In this document: in pieces, positions 18,897-27,766 of the stretch
Numbering within the stretch: the first letter of the stretch is position 1
Layout of the letters: each line of letters starts with the position of its first letter
The notes under the pieces: generated by a model
Databases searched by the model: none
Seen by the model: the letters and a program-made list of their open reading frames with translations, nothing else
Told to the model about the DNA's origin: nothing
Position numbers and translations under genes: made by a program
Assembly (NCBI GenBank): GCA_002714055.1
Contig: PAWH01000005.1
Location: 7,975 to 43,014, forward strand
Source of the DNA: Candidatus Pelagibacterales bacterium
GTDB taxonomy: Bacteria; Pseudomonadota; Alphaproteobacteria; TMED109
Direction of reading: 5' to 3'
Length of the DNA stretch: 35,040 nucleotides

Positions 18897-20388
18897 TTAC
18901 CAATCTTCTAGGACTGTTTTTCTAAGTATTGGGTCTGCTCGTTGTATATTTCTATCTATATAAAAAGAATCTCCTTTTATATGTTTAGTTGAAATTTCTT
19001 CAAATATAACTCCTGTTTTTGTTTTAAATGAATGAATATCTCTTCTTTGTATTAATAATGTGTCGCCTTTTTTCAAATCAAATGTTTCATCATTTCTTTT
19101 TACAGTCATACTTCCTGATAAAATATGAAATGTTTCTTCTTTTTTTTCATGATAATGTGAAGGGTGGGATTGGCCCGGTAGTTGAGCAATTAACTTTTTA
19201 CAATAATCTCTATTAATTATTGTTATTAGTAAAGCGCCAACTTTCTCGAATTTATCCATATCATAATGGTGCGACAACTCTATTTCGTAATTATTGCCAA
19301 TTGTAACATTGGCTTCATTAAACATTCCTTTAAAAATATGTATTAATCTTCTTATCTTATAAAAGTCTAGTTTTTTTGGAAAATCGATAATTGGCTCATT
19401 TTTTTTATAATTTTTTGTTGATTTAATTGAAATATTAAAATCACCAGAAGTTAATTGCTTATTTTGAACCGGCATAGCAAAATAAATTTTATCTTTTGAA
19501 ATTAATTCATTTTTTTTTTATTTCTTTTTTACAGTAGACTCCCCTTGCTAATTCCTTAATTGAGTTTACTTCTTCTTTAGTAAGTATTTTATTATCTTCT
19601 AAACCTAATATTTCTTTTGCTTCTTTAGATGAATCAATCCATCTGTCTAATTGTAATTTATTTAATGAATATTTGTTTAATGGTTTATTAATATCATCAA
19701 TACCAACGTGTCTTTCTAATATATCCGCCCCTGCAGTTACTGCCATTTTTACAGTTTCAAAATCCTCTGGGTTTTCATGACCTGAATAACCAATGCAAAT
19801 ATCGGGGTATCTGTTTTTATATTTTTTAATTAAATTTAAATTTAAATTTTTTCTTGGCGTGGGGTAGATACTTACACAATGCATTAGCGCAAAATTTACA
19901 TTTCTATGAATAAAAAAATTATATACTTTATCAACACTTTCTAGGTTATGACCTCCAGTAGAAATAATTACAGGTTTTTTTGTTGAACTAATTTTTTCTA
20001 ATAATGGCCAATCTGACATACTGCAACTGGCAACTTTTATAATAGATAAATCTTGTTTTTGACATAAATCAACTGAAGATTCATCAAAAGGGGTTGAAAT
20101 TGGGATTAACCCTTTTTTTATAATATATTTAACTAGAACATTGAAATCTTTTATACTTAATTCAGTATCCAAGAATCTTTTTACATGTTTATTTTCGTTG
20201 CTTTTAATGTATTTAGGATGAATAAAATTTTTTAAATTTCTATATTGCAATTTAACAGCTCCTTTTATCGAGAATCTTTTTGCAACTATTGCACACTGAT
20301 CGATTATTTTCTTTGCTGATAAAATACTTCCAGAATGATTATTAGCCATTTCAAAAATATATAAATCTTTAAAAATTAAATTATTCAT
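18897..20388 (-). pseudogene. Divergent NeuB-family ulosonic-acid synthase fused to a SAF domain and a D-lyxose-isomerase-like cupin, split by a frameshift in an A10 tract (genuine or a sequencing artefact)
   Basis: ORF 19507-20388 has a NeuB-like TIM-barrel (FEMANNHSGS, KLQYR, IKVASCSM, IISTGG, CVSIYPTP, GYSGHE, ERHV) and stops inside the start of its SAF domain (ARGVYCKKEIKKK*). The frame of ORF 18897-19475 is open upstream to the tract (NELISKDKIYFA-MPVQNKQLTSGDF). Removing one A of T10 (+ strand 19510-19519) gives KKEIKKNELISKDKIYFAMP, which parallels KRKIKKNQIIEFDDLTFKKP in the bona fide neuB of this window. The C-terminal cupin has HPSHYHEKKEETF ... IHSF ... EEISTKHIKGDSFY. Confidence 0.65.
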
Positions 20389-21814
20389 TTTTTAACTTTT
20401 CAACAGTTCTTTCAATTGCATCCTTTTTGTCATTTTTTTTATTAAATTTAAAAAAGCTAATTAAATCTCTTAAAGGTTGTGTTAATTTCCAAGAAGTAGA
20501 ATTCAAAATATTTTGAATTTCTGTATTTGGGCTATATAACTTATATTTGTCGCTTAAATTGTCTACATGAATCCAGTTTTTTTTATTAAAATCTTTAAAG
20601 TTAATTTTATAAATATCTCCAGTGTATCTATCTGACACAAAAAAAGAATTATTTGAAGTTCGGATAATACTATGTGGATTTACGGAAGTTTTATACAAAT
20701 CTGAATAATGCCACTCGTTATCAATTTTTTTTATACCTTTAATAATTCCTGAACAAAAATCAGAAAAAATAAAAACTCCATCCCAATTTTTATCATTTCC
20801 ACGAAATGTTCCTCCTGCTATAACTGAACAACCTTCTTTGTGATTCCATTCAATTATTGGCCATTTATATTTGATATTTTTCCTGTTTCTCAATGTCTCA
20901 GAACGGCAATCTTCTTCACTAGCAAACATATCTTTTCTACAATGTAGTCCTTCAAATTTATTCCAACCGTAATTTTCCTTACCTGAACTTTCATTTGATT
21001 GAAAATTAATTTCTTCATAATTATCCCATCCTGTATCAGCAATATATAAATCTCCATTTTCAGTATCAAAAACAATTCCAGATTTAGCGGGGGATCTTAA
21101 ACCATACGCCCATATTTCAGATCTTTTCCCCTTAGATTCATGATAATAAGGATTGCTCTTAGGTATTTCATAACCATTCTCCATAGAATCAACATCAATT
21201 CTTAAAATTTTTCCCTCTAACTTTTTTAAATTTTGCGCAGTACCACTTGGATTACCTCCAATATCCCCGTCTCCGATTCCAATATAGAGAAAATTATCTT
21301 TAGGACTGAAATCTAATGAACCAGCTGCATGTTCATAAGTATGTTTTTCAATATCAATTAAAATTTCTTCATTTACAGAAATAAGACTTTTACAATCATC
21401 AGTAACATTGAATCTACTTAAAACAAAGTTGCCAAATTTGTTTGTATAAGTTACATAAACTTTTTTTTTAATCTCGCCAAATCTATATGAAAAAGCAAAA
21501 TCTAAAATTCCTTCTTCCATTGAATTACCTTGTTCTTCTCCTCCCAACAAAACTTTATTTCTTAAATCAGCAAAAGGTTCTTGAAGTTCATAATGTTCAT
21601 TATCTTTATATACTAATAATTTTGCTATACCTGAATGTCTACCAAATAAAATAAAGCTATTTTTACTATTCTCTCCACAGTTTGTAGGAAAAGGTGTCAT
21701 TAATGTAAATGGAAACAAACCCTTTTTATAAAAAGAAACATCAACTTGATTAGCAAAACAAGTATTAAAATATAAAAAAAAGAAAAAAGAAGTTATTATT
21801 AGTTTTTTTAACAT
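20381..21814 (-). CDS. PQQ-dependent (glucose/sorbosone-type) sugar dehydrogenase-like beta-propeller with a signal peptide
   Basis: N-terminus MLKKLIITSFFFFLYFNTCFANQ. Family motifs GIGDGDIGGNPSGTAQNLKKLEGKILRID, EIWAYGLRSPAK and NYEEINF....GKENYGWN. 477 aa. Confidence 0.7.
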   Translation of the reverse strand: MLKKLIITSFFFFLYFNTCFANQVDVSFYKKGLFPFTLMTPFPTNCGENSKNSFILFGRHSGIAKLLVYKDNEHYELQEPFADLRNKVLLGGEEQGNSMEEGILDFAFSYRFGEIKKKVYVTYTNKFGNFVLSRFNVTDDCKSLISVNEEILIDIEKHTYEHAAGSLDFSPKDNFLYIGIGDGDIGGNPSGTAQNLKKLEGKILRIDVDSMENGYEIPKSNPYYHESKGKRSEIWAYGLRSPAKSGIVFDTENGDLYIADTGWDNYEEINFQSNESSGKENYGWNKFEGLHCRKDMFASEEDCRSETLRNRKNIKYKWPIIEWNHKEGCSVIAGGTFRGNDKNWDGVFIFSDFCSGIIKGIKKIDNEWHYSDLYKTSVNPHSIIRTSNNSFFVSDRYTGDIYKINFKDFNKKNWIHVDNLSDKYKLYSPNTEIQNILNSTSWKLTQPLRDLISFFKFNKKNDKKDAIERTVEKLKNE

Positions 21815-21819
21815 ATTTA

Positions 21820-22779
21820 TTAATTAATTATTTTTTTTGATTTTAAAATTTGTTTATTAATTTCAATGCTATTTTTAAAATCATGTAACGGAAATTTTTT
21901 ATTTTTTAAACAAATATTCAAGAAGTAATCTATAGACTTTTCTAATGAATTATTCATTATATCTTCTTCAGATATTTTCCATGTTTTAGAAACAGAAGAT
22001 CTACAATATCTTTTAGTGTGAATATTTTTTTTATGTCCTATCAAAAGTTGTGCTTTATTATCATAAATCTCGAAAATTCCATTTGTTCCAATTAATTTAA
22101 TATGAAAATCAAAAGCTGTCACATAGGAAAGATAAATAAATAATTTTAAATTATTTGGATATTTGGCTATAACAGAACAATTATCATAAGAGCTTGTTTC
22201 TTTTACTATATTACTAGAATAATGAATAATTTCTTTTGGTTTATTAAAAAGAATTGAGAAAAGATCTATATAATGTATTCCAACATTCTCAACAAGACCT
22301 AATTTATTTAATGTTTTTTTAGATCTCCATGATTTCTTATAATTAATATTTTTCCCAAACAAATGCGATGATGAAATATAAGCATGGTAAATATTTCCTA
22401 ATTTTTTCCTTTTTATTAAATCATTTAGAATATTAAATATTTTACCATATCTTAAATTAAAATTAAAAAACGTTTTTTCTGGATCATTTTTTAACTTGTT
22501 AAGTTCTTTTAGTGATACTGCCGGAGGTTTTTCACAAAAAATATATCCCTTAAATCTTTTCTCAAAAAACTTTAAATATTTATAATGAGTATAATTCGGA
22601 GATAATATTAATATTACATCACAATTAATTAAATCATTTAAATTTCTAGTAAATTTAATTCCATTAATTTTTTTTGGATAGTAAATTTTACTGATAAATA
22701 CATTTTTTCTTTTTTTAAAAATTTCTAGAATTTTTTTAGCATGATTCTTATAACCAATTGCACCAACATTTAATTTCAT
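21820..22779 (-). CDS. Gfo/Idh/MocA-family NAD(P)-dependent oxidoreductase
   Basis: KLNVGAIGYKNHAKK Rossmann start and the IFCEKPPAVSLKEL (EKP) motif. The start is set at ATG 22779, one nt after the upstream stop, rather than the GTG at 22800. Confidence 0.75.
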   Translation of the reverse strand: MKLNVGAIGYKNHAKKILEIFKKRKNVFISKIYYPKKINGIKFTRNLNDLINCDVILILSPNYTHYKYLKFFEKRFKGYIFCEKPPAVSLKELNKLKNDPEKTFFNFNLRYGKIFNILNDLIKRKKLGNIYHAYISSSHLFGKNINYKKSWRSKKTLNKLGLVENVGIHYIDLFSILFNKPKEIIHYSSNIVKETSSYDNCSVIAKYPNNLKLFIYLSYVTAFDFHIKLIGTNGIFEIYDNKAQLLIGHKKNIHTKRYCRSSVSKTWKISEEDIMNNSLEKSIDYFLNICLKNKKFPLHDFKNSIEINKQILKSKKIIN

Positions 22780-22780
22780 T

Positions 22781-23899
22781 TTATAAACCACACCTATCAC
22801 ATGGATTATATTTATGTCTTTTCTTTTCTAGGTGAAGTTTTCTTAATTTATTTAATTCTTTGCTATGCCAAATTTGTTTAATTGTTTTATTACTCAAATT
22901 TCCAGGTGATAATAAGCTTTTATAATCAGCATCACATGGATTGCAAACACCATCGAACCAAATATATAATCTTTCCCAAAGATATACACATGGATGATTA
23001 TTTTTTTTATTTGGTATATTCTCATATGTATTCCATCTTTCTTGACACTGAACATATGCAACGTTATCAACTATTTTAGACCAAAATTTTTTAAATTCTT
23101 TTTCATTTTGTTCTTTCTTAAATTTAACACCAGAGACTCTTATTTCTAACCCAGAGTTTTTATAATACTTGTTTCTAATATCTGCTAAAAGTTTAATATT
23201 TTTTAATACCTGCGTATATTTTCCACCCTTTCTTATCTCCTCATATTGTTTTTCTATATGTGAATCTATTGAAATTACAACAATATTTATATTTGAATTT
23301 AATATTTCATGACATAATTTTTCATTTAATTTTGTTGCATTAGTATTTAATTTAACATCAATAAAGTTTTTCTTTTTTGAAACATATTTTATCATTTGAG
23401 AAATCTTTGGGTGGAGCAAAGGTTCACCTCTACTTGCAAGTGTTATGGCAGATGTCCCATTGCTTGAAGCTTCATCAATTATTTTTTTAAAAAGATTGAA
23501 ATTCATAAATCCCATAAAAGGTTTTTTAGTAAAACTCTTATCAATTTGAAAACACATTACACATCTTAAATTGCATACTGAAGTAGGTTCAACAAGAAGA
23601 TATACAGGAAATTTAGAAATAATTTTTTTTTCAGGATAAATATTTAATTTATATCTATAAATTAAATATTTTATCCATTTTTTTTCATCCATTCTTTCTA
23701 AATGAAAATATTCTTGAGGAGTTAAAATAAAAGGAAATTTATTATTATTTAAACTATTAATTAATTCATCAATAATTATTCGATCTTCTGATACTAATTT
23801 TAAACTTTTTGCTAATTTAATAATTTTTTTTAAATTAATAAAAGGTGTTTTTTTATTTTGTAAAAACCTCAATCCAGAAGGATGTTTAAAATTTACCAT
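22781..23899 (-). CDS. Radical SAM enzyme with a C-terminal SPASM/twitch-like Cys-rich domain
   Basis: CxxxCxxC in VEPTSVCNLRCVMCFQ, with SRGEPLLHP. C-terminal cysteines HPCVYLWERLYIWFDGVCNPCDADY ... NPCDRCG. 372 aa. Confidence 0.8.
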   Translation of the reverse strand: MVNFKHPSGLRFLQNKKTPFINLKKIIKLAKSLKLVSEDRIIIDELINSLNNNKFPFILTPQEYFHLERMDEKKWIKYLIYRYKLNIYPEKKIISKFPVYLLVEPTSVCNLRCVMCFQIDKSFTKKPFMGFMNFNLFKKIIDEASSNGTSAITLASRGEPLLHPKISQMIKYVSKKKNFIDVKLNTNATKLNEKLCHEILNSNINIVVISIDSHIEKQYEEIRKGGKYTQVLKNIKLLADIRNKYYKNSGLEIRVSGVKFKKEQNEKEFKKFWSKIVDNVAYVQCQERWNTYENIPNKKNNHPCVYLWERLYIWFDGVCNPCDADYKSLLSPGNLSNKTIKQIWHSKELNKLRKLHLEKKRHKYNPCDRCGL

Positions 23900-23977
23900 T
23901 TTTTTTAAATTAATTTATGTAAAAAATTAATAAAGTTTTTTCTAGATCTCCCATTTATTGTATAATCTTTATTAAGT

Positions 23978-25108
23978 CTAGATACATTTGTTTTTTTTTT
24001 TTTTAATTTTATAAATTTTTTTTTTTAAAATAAGATATAAATTATTCATATTTACTACACTTCTTAATTTTTTACTTTTTATCCAAGAAAAATTCAAATT
24101 TACAAAATCTAGATTTATTATTGGTATATTACATATTTCTGCAACAGAAACAGTTGTTGAATTACCACATAAATATATGTCTGATATAGGAATCAGATCT
24201 ATATAAGATTTTTTTGAGATAATGAAATTATAATTTTTTATTAAATTTTTGTAGAAATTTAAATTAGTTTTCGGGTGAAAAATTAAAATAACATTCTCTT
24301 CAATACGGTGTAAAACTTCGAAAATAATTTTTAAGTGTTTTAACTGTGTTTTCATAGAAATTATGTTGTGTTCTGGATTATGAGGAACTGAAAATAAAAT
24401 AATTTTCTTTTTTTTAATAAATTTCTTATTACTAAAGAATTCTTTTACAATATTTTCTTTATTATTTATTGAATTTAATAAATTATCATATTCCAAGGCT
24501 CCAAAATTCAGAATTTTTTCTCTTTTTAATCCTAAGTTTAACATATGTTTAATTTCTTTTTTTCCTTTAGCTATTATATGATCACTTTGACTAGCTCCAA
24601 CGCACCATGGTTTTTTTGGAAGCATGCCTACAAAATGTAAACATAAGATTAAAGGTCCAGGTGAAAATAATAATCTTCCGTATTTAGTTTTACATAATTG
24701 GTTTCTAAAAAAAAAAGAAATTAATAAATTTAGAAAACTCATTAAATTATCTATTCCAACCTTAAATTCTTTTTTGTTCTTCCTTGTCCACGAAACCATA
24801 TCTAATGATGGCAGTAAAGAAGATGTTGTTGTAATTATTGTTTTAATTTTTAATTTATTAGCAACTTTTAATATAGGTGGGATTGGTCCAAGTTCTCTGT
24901 CACCAGGCAGCAAAATTGCTATAGGCTTAAAATTATTAAATAATTTATAAAAAAAATTATAATCCTTTCTAAGTTTTTTTATTGTAAAAAAAAAACTTTT
25001 AAGATTAACAATATTTTGAATTTCTTTTGTTTTTAAAAAAATAAAATTAATTTTTTTCTTTATGCAATAATGTTTAAATATTATTGTTTTATTAGTACCT
25101 AAAATCAT
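23978..25108 (-). CDS. Putative capsular-polysaccharide biosynthesis / glycosyltransferase-like protein (KpsS/LpsZ-type). The N-terminus may extend to about 25210.
   Basis: C-terminal LCGNSTTVSVAEICNIPIINL resembles the NST..EA...P motif of capsule-synthesis proteins. The frame stays open for 40 codons upstream of ATG 25108; the last 34, counted from an ATA at 25210-25208, read IKKKKIVFLVPRHETSWWQHIFQYYLLKKDFFPI. There is no ATG/GTG/TTG in that stretch. Confidence 0.45.
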   Translation of the reverse strand: MILGTNKTIIFKHYCIKKKINFIFLKTKEIQNIVNLKSFFFTIKKLRKDYNFFYKLFNNFKPIAILLPGDRELGPIPPILKVANKLKIKTIITTTSSLLPSLDMVSWTRKNKKEFKVGIDNLMSFLNLLISFFFRNQLCKTKYGRLLFSPGPLILCLHFVGMLPKKPWCVGASQSDHIIAKGKKEIKHMLNLGLKREKILNFGALEYDNLLNSINNKENIVKEFFSNKKFIKKKKIILFSVPHNPEHNIISMKTQLKHLKIIFEVLHRIEENVILIFHPKTNLNFYKNLIKNYNFIISKKSYIDLIPISDIYLCGNSTTVSVAEICNIPIINLDFVNLNFSWIKSKKLRSVVNMNNLYLILKKKIYKIKKKKNKCI

Positions 25109-25229
25109 AATTGGGAAAAAATCTTTTTTTAATAAATAATACTGAAATATATGTTGCCACCATGATGTTTCATGCCTGGGAACTAAAAAAACTATTTTCT
25201 TTTTTTTTATGTTCCTTGTAAATAAATTT

Positions 25230-26615
25230 TTAAATTGATTTTCTATTTTTTTTATAATTTAAAATAATTTGCTTTATAATTTTAATTGTTTTTGCTTTTA
25301 AATTATGTGGCCTAGAATCTAGATAATGCTTAAAAATATCCTCTGACCCAAAATAATAATTAAATTTTTTATCTTTAGAATTATTTATACATTTATTTAT
25401 TTTATTTGATAAATCTAAAGGATTATTTGCAATAAAAAAATTTTTTTGAAACTTTTTAAAATAAACATTCTTTCTTTCAACTCCTACTGCTTCATCAAAA
25501 TTTGGAATTATAGGTTTGCATCCTAATGCTAGAGCTTCCAATAAAACTGTAGAATTAAAGCCGATAACATTTATAGAATTTTTTATTAAATAAATTGATG
25601 GTTTGTTTGTTATAACTAGGTTCTTTATACTTTCAATATCTTTTCCAGAAACTTTTTTTATAACATTTTCTATTTCATTTATCCACCAGTCTGCCCAATT
25701 CTTGGGTTTTATATAAAAAGTAATATTTGCATTATTTAACGCACTTAAAATAAATGTTTTATGCGTGTTAAAAAAAAGTTTTGAGAAACCTTCGTCATAA
25801 TTCTTTGAAAAGTAATGAGACCTTCTATTTTTTGGAACAATATTGCCTGAATAATGACCAAATGAAAATAGAGTAAAAAATTTTTTGTTTACTATTTTTT
25901 GTTTTTTAATTTCTTGAAATTTTAACATACCTGATGAATAAATATTTTTTTTATCTATCAATTTAGATTTAATAAATAAATCTCTAACAATTTTATTTGG
26001 TGCAACAACAGCTGTTCCTTGAAATTTTTGTTTAATTTTTTTTAAATGTTTTGCTCTAAAATTAATATGACCTCTGTCAGTTATAGATTGTTCTTTATGA
26101 AGACATATAAAAGGTATGCCTCCTTTATGAAATCCTGATGCCCATTCTTGTTCCTGACTATAATGTATTGCGCATGTTAAAGCACAGTCAATCTTTGTAA
26201 AAAAATTTATTGTTCTAACAATATTGGATACAAAAATAGATTTTTTTCTTCTTTCATTTAAAACTTTTTTTTTTGTTTTTAAATAATAATATTGGTCAGC
26301 GGATTTGCCCCAAAAACCAAGATCCTCATATCTTATTTTTTTATAATTCTTTTCTATTTGAGCATTAATAGGATTTGTATTAAATAAGGAATTTATTCTA
26401 TTGTAAATAAAATCAGAAATTATAATTAAACAAATATTCTTTTCTCTTTCTAATAACTTGACGCTATCAGCCCATCTGTGATGACTAAAAATAATTATTC
26501 TTAAACTCGACCTCTTTTTAAAAAAAATTAATTTTAAAAAAAACAAACTTATAAAAATTCCTAAAATAAATCCAAAGAATTTATTCTTTAAAATAATTTT
26601 AATTAATTTAATCAA
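25230..26615 (-). CDS. Putative membrane-anchored capsular-polysaccharide biosynthesis / glycosyltransferase-like protein
   Basis: N-terminal TM helix FFGFILGIFISLFFLKLIFF. C-terminal VIGFNSTVLLEALALGCKPIIP motif. TTG start (26615-26613) overlaps the neuC stop as TTGA. 461 aa. Confidence 0.45.
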   Translation of the reverse strand: MIKLIKIILKNKFFGFILGIFISLFFLKLIFFKKRSSLRIIIFSHHRWADSVKLLEREKNICLIIISDFIYNRINSLFNTNPINAQIEKNYKKIRYEDLGFWGKSADQYYYLKTKKKVLNERRKKSIFVSNIVRTINFFTKIDCALTCAIHYSQEQEWASGFHKGGIPFICLHKEQSITDRGHINFRAKHLKKIKQKFQGTAVVAPNKIVRDLFIKSKLIDKKNIYSSGMLKFQEIKKQKIVNKKFFTLFSFGHYSGNIVPKNRRSHYFSKNYDEGFSKLFFNTHKTFILSALNNANITFYIKPKNWADWWINEIENVIKKVSGKDIESIKNLVITNKPSIYLIKNSINVIGFNSTVLLEALALGCKPIIPNFDEAVGVERKNVYFKKFQKNFFIANNPLDLSNKINKCINNSKDKKFNYYFGSEDIFKHYLDSRPHNLKAKTIKIIKQIILNYKKNRKSI

Positions 26616-27763
26616 TAGGAGATTTGTTTTTGTATTTTAACCTTAACTTTTTGAAGAATATTTGATATTTTCTTCCCGGAACTACCTTCGCCATAAATAT
26701 ATTCTTTTTTATATTTTTTTTTCTTAATTTGTTTTAATATAGAATTATATATTTCTTCTTTCTTATAATCACAATCAATTGTATTTTTTCCTCTTTCTCT
26801 TCTTGATTGCCTTGTTCCTATATTAACAACTGGTGTTCCTATATACGCGCCTTCCCTTATACCGCTTGAAGAATTGCCAACTAAACAACTGGTTTTTGAC
26901 ATTAATTTCATGTATATTTCTGGTGGAAAATTTTTATAAAATCTTGCATTAGTTATTTTTCGTTTTTCTCTGTATTTTCTAAATATTCTAGAAATATCAT
27001 CTGAACCCGCATCTGGGTTTGGCCAAAGAATTATTTTTTGCATATTTATTTTAATAATTGCCTCCATAGTAGCTTCTATTTGTCTTGTAGTGTTATTACA
27101 TTCAGTTGTAACAGAATGCTGAGAAACCATAATAAATGGTTTTTGAAAATTAATTTTATCTCCTACACCTGAATCCAAAAATTTATTATTTAAATTAAAT
27201 TTTTTTTCATTTAAAACATTTTTAGCTAAATCGATTCTTGGGCAACCAACTAGAAAAACGGTTTCTTTTTTTTCTCCTAATTTTATTATTCTTTCTTTAG
27301 CATCTTTGCTTGCAGGAAAATGTATATGTGAAAACTTTGTTATTGCATGTCTTATGCTTTCATCAATTGTCCCTGAAACTTCACCGCCCATTGTATGTGC
27401 TATAGGAATATTCATATAACTAGCTGCAATAGAAGTAGCCATATTCTCATATCTGTCTCCAACAATTACAACTATATCTGGTTTTAAGTGTTTAAAAACT
27501 GTTGGAAGCTCAAGTAAGCCCATGCCGGTTGACTTTGCCATCGTTTCTACAGTCTCGCCCTCAACAAGCATATGAACTTTATGATTTATTTTAAATCCGT
27601 CTTTTTTAATCAAATCAATAACGGATCCAAATCTATCTATTAAAGCTGATGCTCCAACAACAATTTGTAAAGTTAAATTCTTATTTTTAGATACACTTTC
27701 TAGAACAGATTTAATACTGCTATAATTAGCTCTGGATGATATAACTGCACAAATTTTTTTCAT
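26612..27763 (-). CDS. neuC: UDP-N-acetylglucosamine 2-epimerase (hydrolysing type)
   Basis: VGDRYENMATSIAASYMNIPIAHTMGGEVSGTIDESIRHAITKFSHIHF, typical of NeuC/LegG-type epimerases. 383 aa. Confidence 0.85.
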   Translation of the reverse strand: MKKICAVISSRANYSSIKSVLESVSKNKNLTLQIVVGASALIDRFGSVIDLIKKDGFKINHKVHMLVEGETVETMAKSTGMGLLELPTVFKHLKPDIVVIVGDRYENMATSIAASYMNIPIAHTMGGEVSGTIDESIRHAITKFSHIHFPASKDAKERIIKLGEKKETVFLVGCPRIDLAKNVLNEKKFNLNNKFLDSGVGDKINFQKPFIMVSQHSVTTECNNTTRQIEATMEAIIKINMQKIILWPNPDAGSDDISRIFRKYREKRKITNARFYKNFPPEIYMKLMSKTSCLVGNSSSGIREGAYIGTPVVNIGTRQSRRERGKNTIDCDYKKEEIYNSILKQIKKKKYKKEYIYGEGSSGKKISNILQKVKVKIQKQISY

Positions 27764-27766
27764 ATT

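Noticed and set aside
20890-21075. A 61-aa same-strand ORF in an alternative frame inside the PQQ-type dehydrogenase gene.
   Set aside because: It is fully nested in a well-supported 477-aa ORF whose conserved motifs span this region. There is no independent start context or motif.
22780-22800. A GTG start at 22800 for the Gfo/Idh/MocA gene, which would overlap the radical SAM gene by 20 nt.
   Set aside because: An in-frame ATG at 22779 places MKLNVGAIG (the Rossmann beta-1 strand) at the N-terminus and lies just past the upstream stop.
23910-23954. A 14-codon ORF (MGDLEKTLLIFYIN) in the 78-bp spacer just upstream of the radical SAM/SPASM gene, considered as a possible RiPP precursor peptide.
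   Set aside because: It is too short and has no Cys/Ser/Thr-rich core or leader-like features. An ORF of this size is expected by chance. The surrounding genes are all carbohydrate enzymes, with no protease or transporter typical of RiPP clusters.
23991-24026. The A14 and A11 tracts in the last 17 codons of the 23978-25108 gene, considered as a dedicated phase-variation switch.
   Set aside because: Both are in frame as given, and a slip would alter only the extreme C-terminal tail. They are noted in the homopolymer census rather than treated as an independent finding.
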